NCBI GenBank assembly: GCA_028690055.1
Contig: JAQVBZ010000001.1
Coordinates: 20,452-84,451 of the forward strand
Source: Minisyncoccota bacterium
GTDB taxonomy: Bacteria > Patescibacteriota > Minisyncoccia > JAHIHE01 > JAGLIN01
DNA: 64,000 nt
Direction of reading: 5' to 3'
Below, one piece after another: positions 38,414 to 49,648 of this stretch. A model generated the notes under the pieces. The model had not been told where the DNA came from. It did no database searches and was given only the letters and a program-made list of their open reading frames with translations. Numbering within the stretch: position 1 is the first letter of the stretch; each line of letters begins with the position of its first letter. The position numbers and the translations under genes are program-made.

Positions 38414-38555
38414 CTTTGCGGGAGCAGGTTTAAACCTGCTTTTTCCAGTTTAGATTTCATACCTAATCATTACGAAACAAGCGAGATTATATAGAATAGT
38501 ATCAGCAAAAACCGGTAATAAAAACATCGGTTTGTTGATTCTTCAAATTAAAAGG
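38414..38555 (+). repeat. Conserved ~140-nt element, family 5 copy b (includes perfect palindrome GCAGGTTTAAACCTGC + TTTTT terminator)
   Basis: Matches 1236-1375. Palindrome at 38424-38439 followed by a T5 run. Confidence 0.6.
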
Positions 38556-38736
38556 TCCGGGTGTATACCCGCTCCTGCAACATCAGTCTACAGTTTGTAT
38601 CTTTCTAATTATTGACAATCTTTCTATCGAATATATAATGAAGTTAGCACTCGCGAAGAAAGAGTGCCAATCGTCTCTTTAGTTAATAATTCAATAATCG
38701 GCACTTATCAAAGTGCTTAAAAGAAAGGAATCTGAT

Positions 38737-39027
38737 ATGAAACTTAAACCTCTTAGTAACAAGATTATTTTGGAAGCTGTCTCAGCAGAAGAGAAGACCA
38801 AGAGCGGACTTATCATCCCTGATACGATAAATCAGGAAAAGCCTGAGCAAGGCAAGGTTTTGGCAGTCGGCCCAGGCAAACTTTTGAAGAGCGGTGAGCG
38901 CAGCAAGATGGATGTCAAAGTCGGCGACACAGTTATTTTTTCCAAGTATTCTCCCAGCGAGATCAAGCTCGACGGTAAGGAATATCTGGTTGTCGGCGAA
39001 GAAGACGTTTTAGCGATCGTGGGATAA
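38737..39027 (+). CDS. groES: Co-chaperonin GroES
   Basis: MKLKPLSNKIILEAV...KSGLIIPDT...GKVLAVGPG...VKVGDTVIFSKYS...EYLVVGEEDVLAIV. Start at 38737 rather than 38713. Confidence 0.9.
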   Translation: MKLKPLSNKIILEAVSAEEKTKSGLIIPDTINQEKPEQGKVLAVGPGKLLKSGERSKMDVKVGDTVIFSKYSPSEIKLDGKEYLVVGEEDVLAIVG

Positions 39028-39061
39028 TCCATATCACGGAAATTCGCTCTATCTCTTATGT

Positions 39062-40926
<1,865 letters not shown>

Positions 40927-40992
40927 TGTGTATCGCAAGAGAGGCTCGGGCTCGTTGTGGGTCCGGCCTTTCTCGTGAAACATTACAGCATG

Positions 40993-41134
40993 TGGAGTAG
41001 CGGATTTCATCTCTCGCTGTATTGTATGGAGTAGCAGGATTTATCCCGCGCTGCTTCCCAAGCGGAGAAATACGCCGATTATACTTGTACTTTTCGCATA
41101 GGATAGCCGCACAGACTAAAGTCTGCTACTCCAT
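40993..41134 (+). repeat. MITE-like family 1, copy 4 (with a duplicated, degenerate 5' arm)
   Basis: Partial arm at 40993-41025, then a full copy GGAGTAGCAGGATTTATCCCGCGCTGCTTCCCAAGC...GCACAGACTAAAGTCTGCTACTCCA. Confidence 0.8.
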
Positions 41135-41176
41135 TGTGGCGGATATTATCTCCTTGTGTCTGATAAGGAGTAATCA

Positions 41177-41248
41177 GTCCTCGTAGTTCAATGGATAGAA
41201 CGTAGGTTTCCGGAACCTATGATACGGGTTCGATTCCTGTCGAGGGCA
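41177..41248 (+). tRNA. tRNA-Arg (anticodon CCG), no encoded CCA
   Basis: Acceptor GTCCTCG/CGAGGGC, anticodon stem TAGGT/ACCTA with loop TTCCGGA, T-arm GGGTTCGATTCC. Confidence 0.85.
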
Positions 41249-41368
41249 CAGTGAAAATAAAAGCCGGTATGTCCGGCTCTTGTTGTCAATCTTCTTGATA
41301 TTTCCTGATTATATCGCTTTTGCAAACCATCGAAGCATGTCTACAAGAACTACGGAACGTTTTTTTAC

Positions 41369-41474
41369 GTGGAGTAGCGGGATTCGTCCCGCGCTGCTGT
41401 CCCAAGCCGAGAAATGCATCAAATACGTTTTTCCCGTATGAGATAGCCGCGCAGACTAAAGTCTGCTACTCCAT
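41369..41474 (+). repeat. MITE-like family 1, copy 5
   Basis: GTGGAGTAGCGGGATTCGTCCCGCGCTGCTGTCCCAAGCCGAGAAATGC...GCGCAGACTAAAGTCTGCTACTCCA. Confidence 0.85.
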
Positions 41475-41655
41475 TACGATATCATTTATATATAGTATAA
41501 TTTGAGTTCTTTCTTAACGGTATGATTGTGATATAATAGAAGCAATCTCATTAATATAATTTTTCGCATTCGACTCTGCCTATGCTCGCAGCAGAAACCA
41601 AAAATTTTTACAAATATTTTACTTTTAGACTGAATTAATTTTTAAGCAGAAAACT

Positions 41656-42207
41656 ATGGATTTTACAATCATCCTTATGGTGGCTCTCGCCGCTATAGTT
41701 CTTTGGTTCATTGCCATTTACAACGGACTCGTCAAGCTCAAAGTCCGCACCGATGAAGCTTGGAGTGATATCGATGTTCAGCTCAAACGTCGATATGATC
41801 TTATTCCTAATCTTATCAACACCGTGAAGGGCTATGCCGCGCACGAGAGCGGAGTTTTTGAGAGAGTCACCGAAGCTCGTACCAAGGCGATGAGCGCCGG
41901 AACTGCCGCCGAAAAAGGCCAAGCAGAAAATGCTCTTTCCGGTACGCTCAAGAGTTTATTCGCGGTTGCGGAGAATTATCCGGAGCTTAAGGCCAATACC
42001 AATTTTTTGGAACTGCAGAGAGAACTTTCCGACACAGAAAACAAGATTCAGGCCTCACGCAGATTTTACAACGGCAACGTCCGCGACCTCAACACTAAGA
42101 TTCAGATTTTTCCCGACAGCATCGTGGCTGGCATTCTCAGCATAACCAAGAGAGAATTCTTCGAGATCGAAGAAGGGGAGAAGGCGGTACCGAAGGTCGA
42201 GTTCTAA
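41656..42207 (+). CDS. lemA: LemA family protein
   Basis: N-terminal TM, then IYNGLVKLKVRTDEAWSDIDVQLKRRYDLIPNLINTVKGYAAHE...AENYPELKANTNFLELQRELSDTENKIQASRRFYNGNVRDLN. Confidence 0.8.
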   Translation: MDFTIILMVALAAIVLWFIAIYNGLVKLKVRTDEAWSDIDVQLKRRYDLIPNLINTVKGYAAHESGVFERVTEARTKAMSAGTAAEKGQAENALSGTLKSLFAVAENYPELKANTNFLELQRELSDTENKIQASRRFYNGNVRDLNTKIQIFPDSIVAGILSITKREFFEIEEGEKAVPKVEF

Positions 42208-42464
42208 ATTTCAGTTCGAAAGTATATCACAATGGCCTGATATTCAATGTGTCTCTCTTAATTTGTCATTCTGGAATTTTGGTAACCCAAAATACCCAGT
42301 ACATGGTTTTAATTGACCCGCCAAGATACTTCGCATAATTAAGATATCGTTTTTGGATAAGATATTTTCTTCAAACGTAAAGTGTAAACTCTTAGGTAGG
42401 CAAATCTCAGAACCGCTTTATTGAACCTGCCAAATAGCATTTCCCGCTACAAAACCATTATTTT

Positions 42465-42560
42465 TGTCATTCCGGTAGGAATCCCTTGTCCCTTTATCGG
42501 TATTGTAATATCTGCTAGCTTAGTAATAGATAGTTTAAGGGATCCCTGCGGGATGACAAA
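42465..42560 (+). repeat. Short family-2-related MITE (TIR TGTCATTCCGG...CGGGATGACA)
   Basis: ~95 bp. Ends match family 2, with internal GGAATCCCTTG/AAGGGATCCC pairing. Confidence 0.55.
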
Positions 42561-42692
42561 ATGTGGGTTCTTGTCGCAGGGAAAGAAGTCCTGTATATTT
42601 GAAACGTTTATAAAGTTATGCAGAACTTCGGTTAAAGATGTCTGTTCCTCTACCGATGGTTTCTAAATTGTAGCAATTTAAATCTTACAAAC

Positions 42693-43583
42693 ATGGCCAC
42701 ACTCTATACACAATCTGACAGCAATACCCGCAAGACTTATTTGCTCATAAGTTTCTTTTTGATTTTTGTGATTGCGGTTGGGTGGGTCTTTTCACAAGCG
42801 ATGGGTTCCAGTGATATCCTTTATATTGCCGTTATTTTTTCTACGCTGATGAGTGTCGGCAGTTATTGGTATTCTGATAAGCTCGTGCTTTCGATGAGCA
42901 AGGCGCGTCTGGTGGAGTTTGAAGACAATAAAGAACTCTATCGTTTGGTGGAAAATCTTTGCATCACTGCAGGGCTTCCGCTTCCCAAAATATATATCAT
43001 CGACGATTCCGCACCTAATGCTTTTGCCACCGGACGTGATCCGCAGCATGCGGTAATCGCTGTTACTTCCGGTATTTTGCAAAAGCTTGACCGGAGCGAA
43101 CTGGAAGGGGTGATTGCGCACGAGCTTTCTCATATTGGTAATCGAGATATATTACTTGCGACTGTGGTAGTGGTTTTGGTGGGAGTCGTGGCGCTGCTGG
43201 CCGATTATTTTAAGCACATGCTTTTTTGGGGAGGAGGACGCGATAATGATAATAAGGGGGGCAATCTATATATTATGATTCTGGCAATTCTGTTATCCAT
43301 TCTGGCGCCGCTTTTCGCTATGCTTATCCAGCTGGCGATTTCGCGCAAAAGAGAATTCCTTGCCGATGCCGACGGTGCGCTTCTAACTCGTTATCCCGAA
43401 GGTCTTGCCAGCGCGCTGGAAAAGATTTCGTCGGACCAAGAACCCTTGGAAGTCGCCAATCGTGCCACGGCGCATCTCTATATTGCTAGCCCATTTAAAG
43501 GCAACAAAGTCAGCAAGCTTTTTATGACCCATCCGCCTATCGAAGAAAGAGTCGCGGTTCTACGCGGGATGGACGTTAAATAA
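42693..43583 (+). CDS. htpX: Zinc metalloprotease HtpX (M48)
   Basis: HELSHI zinc motif, four TM segments, conserved C-terminal SPFKGNKVSKLFMTHPPIEERV. Confidence 0.85.
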   Translation: MATLYTQSDSNTRKTYLLISFFLIFVIAVGWVFSQAMGSSDILYIAVIFSTLMSVGSYWYSDKLVLSMSKARLVEFEDNKELYRLVENLCITAGLPLPKIYIIDDSAPNAFATGRDPQHAVIAVTSGILQKLDRSELEGVIAHELSHIGNRDILLATVVVVLVGVVALLADYFKHMLFWGGGRDNDNKGGNLYIMILAILLSILAPLFAMLIQLAISRKREFLADADGALLTRYPEGLASALEKISSDQEPLEVANRATAHLYIASPFKGNKVSKLFMTHPPIEERVAVLRGMDVK

Positions 43584-43802
43584 GATATGAAACAAAGATA
43601 CAGGCACTTTTCGCAAGAACAACTTTTTTCTTTTGCTGTTTTTTTAAAATCATTTCTGTCTCATCGGTAAGCCTGGGGGAGAGGAAAAAAATATCGAAAA
43701 TCAGCGCCGTCACAATCAAAAAATTTTTACCATTTCCTTTAATCTTTATTTCTGCTAAAATAAAATCATAGATATTATTCTGTAAGACTTAAAAGTTATT
43801 AT

Positions 43803-44288
43803 TTGCTTGCCATGAATATTACCAAAAAAACGGCCGTCGCGGCGCTTTTGATTGTTGCCGTTTTTATGCTTCCTGGTTGTTCGGTCAAGGAGTCGGATAA
43901 GCAGGCCGAGAAAGAAGAAAATCGAGATAAGATCGATACCGACAGTGACGGACTTTACAATTATGAAGAGGTAAAGTTCGGTACGGATATCAGCAAGAAA
44001 GACACTGACAGTGACGGACTTTCCGATTATGACGAGGTAAGGAGGTGGAACACCGATCCGAATAAGGCGGACACTGACGACGATGGCTCCGATGATGGGG
44101 AGGAAGTCATAGAGGGGCACGATCCCAATAGTAAGACGGCGCAACTCGATACCGACAATGACGGCTTGGGCAATGCGGACGAGATGAAATTCGGCACCGA
44201 CCTGGAGCAGCCCGATACGGATGGCGATGGATTCACCGATAAACAGGAAGTCGACGCTGGGCGCGATCCTTTGAATCGCTACAAGTAG
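43803..44288 (+). CDS. Lipoprotein with six thrombospondin-type-3-like calcium-binding repeats (DTDxDG)
   Basis: Lipobox LPGC. Repeats are DTDSDGLYNYEEVKFGTD / DTDSDGLSDYDEVRRWNTDPNKADTDDDGSDDGEEV / DTDNDGLGNADEMKFGTD / DTDGDGFTDKQEVDAG. Confidence 0.6.
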   Translation: MLAMNITKKTAVAALLIVAVFMLPGCSVKESDKQAEKEENRDKIDTDSDGLYNYEEVKFGTDISKKDTDSDGLSDYDEVRRWNTDPNKADTDDDGSDDGEEVIEGHDPNSKTAQLDTDNDGLGNADEMKFGTDLEQPDTDGDGFTDKQEVDAGRDPLNRYK

Positions 44289-44336
44289 AATACTCGAAAC
44301 ATCAACAAATATAAAAACTAAAGTTAAACAAAAATT

Positions 44337-45317
44337 ATGGAAAACCTATTTTCAAAGGAGCTTCTGAGTGCGGACGATCTTATTAAGGTTTCTTGGAAAG
44401 CGTTTTGGCAAAGGTTCTTGAAATTTGCTTATGTGCGTATGCTGGCAATCGTATCATTCTTGTTTGCATCTACTGTTCTGGTGGCATCGGCACTAGCTTC
44501 ATTTGGCGGTGGTATCATGCTTACCGCTATCCTGTTAGACATCGTTGTTTTTCTGATCATTGTTTTGGTTGAGAATATAATGTTCTATGAAATCATCAAG
44601 GACAAAAACATCAGGATTCGAAAAGCTTTTCGAAAAGCTCTTCCCAAAATCAAACCGGTTATCGGATGCTGGTCCGTATATTTTTTGACCTCTCTTAACC
44701 TCGTTGTCCTTTTGATGTTTCTGGGAGGATTCTTTCTTATGTCAGTCGCCTTAATCAGCATTCTCCCGGCTGCGCATACTATGAACGTCGTTTTTGGTAT
44801 GATGTCGGCCTTTTTGATATTGTTTGTCGGTGTCATATTGATGATTCTTTCCATCTTTGCCGGTATATGGCAACGTTTTCTTTTCTTCAATGTAATTATC
44901 GAAGGAATGCCTGTGCGCGAGGCGCTGGACCACTCTTTTTCTCTGCTCAGCAAGAATAAACAATTCGTATTTGAGCGAGCAGGCGGTTTTTTCCTTCTCT
45001 ATATCCTCATCCAGACGACTCTCGTGGTACTTTCTTACATACATCCCGTTTTTGATACTGTCAGGGGTGTAGCGAATTATGTCTTGGCGGGTTGGTGGAT
45101 AGTTTTCCATTATTCGATGTATGAAAATATTAAAGCCGCGGGAGCGGAGAAGAAGGTGGATGAAGTAGATCGGCAGGCGGTAGCGTCCTTGCTCAAGAGT
45201 GGGTGGGTTATCCTTTTGACAGGCATTATGGTGACGATTTTTTCTTGCGTATTCCTCGTGGCGCAATCGGATTTTTGGAGTGTGGCGGCGCTAGCGTCTT
45301 CTCTTTTTCGATTATAA
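44337..45317 (+). CDS. Hypothetical polytopic membrane protein
   Basis: 326 aa with >=6 hydrophobic helices. No recognised motif. Confidence 0.4.
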   Translation: MENLFSKELLSADDLIKVSWKAFWQRFLKFAYVRMLAIVSFLFASTVLVASALASFGGGIMLTAILLDIVVFLIIVLVENIMFYEIIKDKNIRIRKAFRKALPKIKPVIGCWSVYFLTSLNLVVLLMFLGGFFLMSVALISILPAAHTMNVVFGMMSAFLILFVGVILMILSIFAGIWQRFLFFNVIIEGMPVREALDHSFSLLSKNKQFVFERAGGFFLLYILIQTTLVVLSYIHPVFDTVRGVANYVLAGWWIVFHYSMYENIKAAGAEKKVDEVDRQAVASLLKSGWVILLTGIMVTIFSCVFLVAQSDFWSVAALASSLFRL

Positions 45318-45630
45318 TTTTTGAAAAAATATTTGTAAGGGCAAGGCGAAATTTCTCGCCTTGCTTTTTTAAGGCGCGTGTTTTATCGGCTTGGTTAACT
45401 CTGTACGTTTTCTGTTTGTTCTTTCGAAAGGAGCGCTCGTCTGATGAATATGAAAAATATCTAAGTTTCTACTAAAACAATGTTGATATGTCTGGAGTAG
45501 GCAGAGGATCAGTTCTTTCTGCTAAAAAATAAAATATCAGAAGATCCTTAATCTTTATCGCATCGTTTCTCGGCATTTTAAAACTATGCTATAATGAAGG
45601 CATTATTTAAACAAATAAAAAAATAAATCT

Positions 45631-48066
45631 ATGGCTAAAAATAGAAAGGAGAAACTCATTCTCTGGTTCGATGAAGTCAACAATCAGGATGTTTCTCTGG
45701 TGGGCGGAAAGAACGCGTCGCTGGGTGAAATGTATCAGAAACTTACCAAGCAGAAAGTAAGTATTCCGAATGGTTTTGCGACCACAGCTTATGCTTATCG
45801 GTACTTTATGAAAGAGACCGGACTGATGGACGAAATCAGGATTATTTTAAAAGACCTGGATACGCGTGATATGAAAAATCTTTCCGACCGCGGGGAAAAA
45901 ATCAGACATGCTATTATGGCGGCAGAATTTCCGGAGGATTTTACCGAAGAGATTACTGCGGCTTATCATAAGATAGAAGAGGAGTACGGAGAGCGCGCCG
46001 ATATGGCGGTCCGGAGCTCCGCTACTGCCGAAGATCTGCCGGATGCGTCTTTTGCCGGTCAGCAGGAATCATATCTGAATATCAGAGGCGTGCACGATAT
46101 ACTTTATGCTACCAAACAATGTGTCTCTTCGCTTTTTACCAATCGCGCCATTTCTTATCGTGTGGATAGAGGATTCGATCATTTCGATATCGCACTTTCG
46201 GTGGGAGTGCAAAAGATGGTACGCAGCGACAAGGCAGTAAGTGGAGTAATGTTCTCTATCGATACCGAGTCGGGTTTCCGTGATGCGGTGGTCATCAATG
46301 GTTCTTATGGTTTGGGTGAAAATATCGTCAAAGGTCGCGTCAATCCTGATGAATTTTATGTTTTTCAACCTACCCTTAAAAAAGGTTTCAAGCCTATCGT
46401 GGAAAAACGACTAGGCTTCAAGGAAGAAAAACTCATTTATTCCAGTGAAGGTCGCAACTCGACCAAGAATGTCAAGGTGTCGACCGAGGACCGTCGCAGA
46501 TTCTGCATCACGGACGAAGAGGTTTTGCAACTGGCACGCTGGGCGACCATCATCGAAGAACATTATAAGCGTCCGATGGATATGGAATGGGCGAAAGACG
46601 GTCTTACCGGAAAACTTTTTATCGTGCAGGCAAGACCTGAAACGGCGCAGAGTAATCGTGACGGTAATTTCCTTGAGGAATATCTATTGAAAGAAAAAGG
46701 AAAAATTTTGTGTTCAGGCGCGAGCGTTGGCTACAAGATCGGTAGCGGCAAGGCTAATGTCATAAAAGATGTTTCAGATATTGGAGATTTTAAGAAAGGC
46801 GAAGTTTTGGTTACTGAAATGACCGATCCGGACTGGGAACCGATTATGAAGATTGCTTCGGCTATCGTAACTAATTCCGGTGGAAGGACCTGTCATGCCG
46901 CTATCATTTCGCGTGAGCTGGGGATTCCTTGTATCGTTGGAACTCGTAACGCCACGGAACAAATAAAATCCGGAAAAGAAGTCACTGTTTCTTGCGCGGA
47001 AGGTGAGAGCGGATATGTTTACGACGGGGTTTTGAAATTCGAAATCAAAAAGACCGACCTTAAGACTCTGAAACGTCCTAAGAACGTGAAGATTATGATG
47101 AATCTGGGTGAGCCGGAACAGGCATTCACACAGTCACTCATTCCAAATGACGGAGTGGGATTGGCTCGGGAAGAATTTGTCATCAATAATGCGATAAGAA
47201 TCCATCCGATGGCGCTCTTAGCGATGGACGGCAAGGTCAAAGGTGTGAAGATCGACCGTCATACTGCCAAGATCATAGACAAAATTACTTACGGTTATAA
47301 GAACAAAACAGAATTCTTTGTGGACAAATTGGCGCAGGGTATCGGAAAATTGGGTGCGGCTTTCTATCCCAAGGATGTGATTGTTCGTTTCTCCGATTTT
47401 AAGACCAACGAGTATGCGAATCTTATCGGTGGACAATATTTCGAGCCCAAGGAAGAGAACCCGATGATCGGTTGGCGCGGAGCTTCCAGATATTACGATG
47501 AAAAATACGCCGCCGCTTTTGCTCTGGAATGTGAAGCGATCAAAAGGGTGCGCGAGCAATTCGGACTCACCAATGTGATTGTGATGATTCCTTTCTGCCG
47601 AACCGTCGATGAGGGCAAGAATGTTCTGGACATCATGAAGAAATTCGGATTGGAGCGGGGCAAGAACGGACTCAAGGTTTTCGTGATGGCGGAAATTCCG
47701 GCAAATATTCTGTTGGTCGATGAATTTTCAAAGATTTTCGACGGTTTCTCCATTGGCAGCAACGACCTTACTCAGCTGACTTTGGGATTGGATCGTGATA
47801 ACGGAACCATCGCCCATATCGGCAACGAAAAGAACGAGGCGGTGCGGATTCTTATCAGACAGCTCATCAAAGGCGCTCACAAGAGGAAACGTAAAGTCGG
47901 TATCTGTGGGCAGGCTCCTTCCGATTTTCCGGATTATGCCGAATGGCTGATGAAAGAAGGTATCGATAGCATCTCAGTCACTCCCGACACGGTGCTCAAG
48001 ACCACTCTCAATCTGGGCGGCGGCAACAAGCCGGCGGCTAAGAAAGCTGTGAAGAAGAAAAAATAG
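45631..48066 (+). CDS. ppsA: Phosphoenolpyruvate synthase (pyruvate, water dikinase)
   Basis: 811 aa. ATP-grasp N-domain, phosphohistidine domain GGRTCHAAIISRELGIPCIVG, C-terminal PEP-utilising TIM barrel. Confidence 0.9.
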   Translation: MAKNRKEKLILWFDEVNNQDVSLVGGKNASLGEMYQKLTKQKVSIPNGFATTAYAYRYFMKETGLMDEIRIILKDLDTRDMKNLSDRGEKIRHAIMAAEFPEDFTEEITAAYHKIEEEYGERADMAVRSSATAEDLPDASFAGQQESYLNIRGVHDILYATKQCVSSLFTNRAISYRVDRGFDHFDIALSVGVQKMVRSDKAVSGVMFSIDTESGFRDAVVINGSYGLGENIVKGRVNPDEFYVFQPTLKKGFKPIVEKRLGFKEEKLIYSSEGRNSTKNVKVSTEDRRRFCITDEEVLQLARWATIIEEHYKRPMDMEWAKDGLTGKLFIVQARPETAQSNRDGNFLEEYLLKEKGKILCSGASVGYKIGSGKANVIKDVSDIGDFKKGEVLVTEMTDPDWEPIMKIASAIVTNSGGRTCHAAIISRELGIPCIVGTRNATEQIKSGKEVTVSCAEGESGYVYDGVLKFEIKKTDLKTLKRPKNVKIMMNLGEPEQAFTQSLIPNDGVGLAREEFVINNAIRIHPMALLAMDGKVKGVKIDRHTAKIIDKITYGYKNKTEFFVDKLAQGIGKLGAAFYPKDVIVRFSDFKTNEYANLIGGQYFEPKEENPMIGWRGASRYYDEKYAAAFALECEAIKRVREQFGLTNVIVMIPFCRTVDEGKNVLDIMKKFGLERGKNGLKVFVMAEIPANILLVDEFSKIFDGFSIGSNDLTQLTLGLDRDNGTIAHIGNEKNEAVRILIRQLIKGAHKRKRKVGICGQAPSDFPDYAEWLMKEGIDSISVTPDTVLKTTLNLGGGNKPAAKKAVKKKK

Positions 48067-48082
48067 TTTCGCAAAATATAAA

Positions 48083-48110
48083 AACGACCCTTTTATAGGG
48101 TCGTTTTTTT
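48083..48110 (+). terminator. Rho-independent terminator after ppsA
   Basis: ACGACCCT tttat AGGGTCGT TTTTTTT. Confidence 0.7.
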
Positions 48111-48391
48111 ACACGCAGAAATAACCGAATTCAGTTAGATATGTTTTTAAGATGTATTTAAGAAGAACCATTCTTGCTTTTTAAAGAAACATAACTATAT
48201 TGTCAGGTGAAATATCGTAAAGGGATTCCGGATATTTCGCAGTAACGAAATTTCGGAATGACACACAGGAGAGGATCGGGATTGATTAAAGGAAGGATAA
48301 GAACTGTTATTCAAAAGACATGCCAGCATCGCCCCTCTGGTCAAAAACCGCTATTTTGCATAGAATGTAGATAGATACTTAAGCCATACAT

Positions 48392-49588
48392 ATGCAAAAA
48401 AGACCTCTAGCCGACCGGATGCGCCCCAAGTCTTTTGAGGAGTTTTTTGGTCAGGAAAAAATCGTCGGGGAGGGAAAAATGCTTAAAAAAGCGATTGAGG
48501 GAGATAAGATTCCGTCGATGATTTTTTGGGGGCCGCCAGGATCGGGCAAGACTACGCTCGCAGGGATTATCGCCGAGAAGACCGGAAGTGAATTCGTTTC
48601 TATGAGCGCTACCAATAGCGGCGTTAAGGATTTGCGGCGGGAGATGGAGAGGGCCGAGTCGTTGGGGCGTTTAGGAACTAAGACTATCCTTTTTATCGAC
48701 GAAATACATCGCTTTAATAAATCTCAGCAGGATTTCCTTTTGCCTTATGTTGAGCGTGGCACTATTACGCTCATCGGCGCCACTACTGAGAATCCCAGTT
48801 TTGAAGTAAATAACGCGCTACTTTCCCGCGCGCGGGTTTTTGTTTTGGAAAAACTCAGTGTGGAAGATTTGGAGAAGATAATCTCTCGTTCAATCAAAGA
48901 TAAGAAAAACGGTCTCGGGGGCGAAGGGATAAAAATGGGCAAAAAGGAAATCGAGTTTCTTGCCCAGATGTCGGATGGTGATGCGCGCATCGCCTTGAGC
49001 GTTCTTGAATTTGCAGCAGAAATGAATAAAAATATCAGTCGGGAGATAATAGAGGAGTCTTTGCAGAAAGCCATAATGTATGACCGTAACGGCGAAGAGC
49101 ATTACAATCTCATTTCGGCCCTGCATAAATCGATGCGCGGCTCCGATGCTGATGCGGCGTTATATTATTTGGCTAGGATGCTTTCTGGCGGTGAGGACCC
49201 TCTTTATATAGCACGCCGTCTCGTCCGTTTTGCTTCTGAGGATATCGGCATTGCCAATTCACAAGCGCTTACTCAGGCAGTGGATGTTTATCAGGCTTGT
49301 CATTTTATCGGTTATCCTGAGTGCTCGGTCAATCTGGCGCAGGCCGTGGTCTATATGGCCAAATCCAAGAAAAGCAATAAGCTCTATATTGCATATAACG
49401 AGGCTCAAAAGGATGTTGAGGCTTTCGGAGCATTGCCGGTACCGCTTCATATCCGTAACGCTTCCACCAAACTGATGAAAGAGCTCGATTACGGCAAGGG
49501 CTATAAGTACTCGCCGGACTTTGGTTACAGCGAAAATCAGGAGTATTTGCCGGAAAAGCTTAAGGGTAAAAAATACCTTGATTTCTAA
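48392..49588 (+). CDS. rarA: Replication-associated recombination protein A (AAA+ ATPase)
   Basis: Walker A GPPGSGKTTLA, Walker B ILFIDEIHRFNKSQQD, MgsA C-terminal domain. Confidence 0.9.
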   Translation: MQKRPLADRMRPKSFEEFFGQEKIVGEGKMLKKAIEGDKIPSMIFWGPPGSGKTTLAGIIAEKTGSEFVSMSATNSGVKDLRREMERAESLGRLGTKTILFIDEIHRFNKSQQDFLLPYVERGTITLIGATTENPSFEVNNALLSRARVFVLEKLSVEDLEKIISRSIKDKKNGLGGEGIKMGKKEIEFLAQMSDGDARIALSVLEFAAEMNKNISREIIEESLQKAIMYDRNGEEHYNLISALHKSMRGSDADAALYYLARMLSGGEDPLYIARRLVRFASEDIGIANSQALTQAVDVYQACHFIGYPECSVNLAQAVVYMAKSKKSNKLYIAYNEAQKDVEAFGALPVPLHIRNASTKLMKELDYGKGYKYSPDFGYSENQEYLPEKLKGKKYLDF

Positions 49589-49648
49589 AATTTCCAAAAA
49601 TATGGTAAAATGGAGTTAAATGGACAAACTAATCCGTAATGCAAAAAA

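Noticed and set aside
41656-43583. LemA-HtpX pair as a novel system
   Set aside because: It is a well-known conserved gene pair of membrane quality control. It is ordinary.
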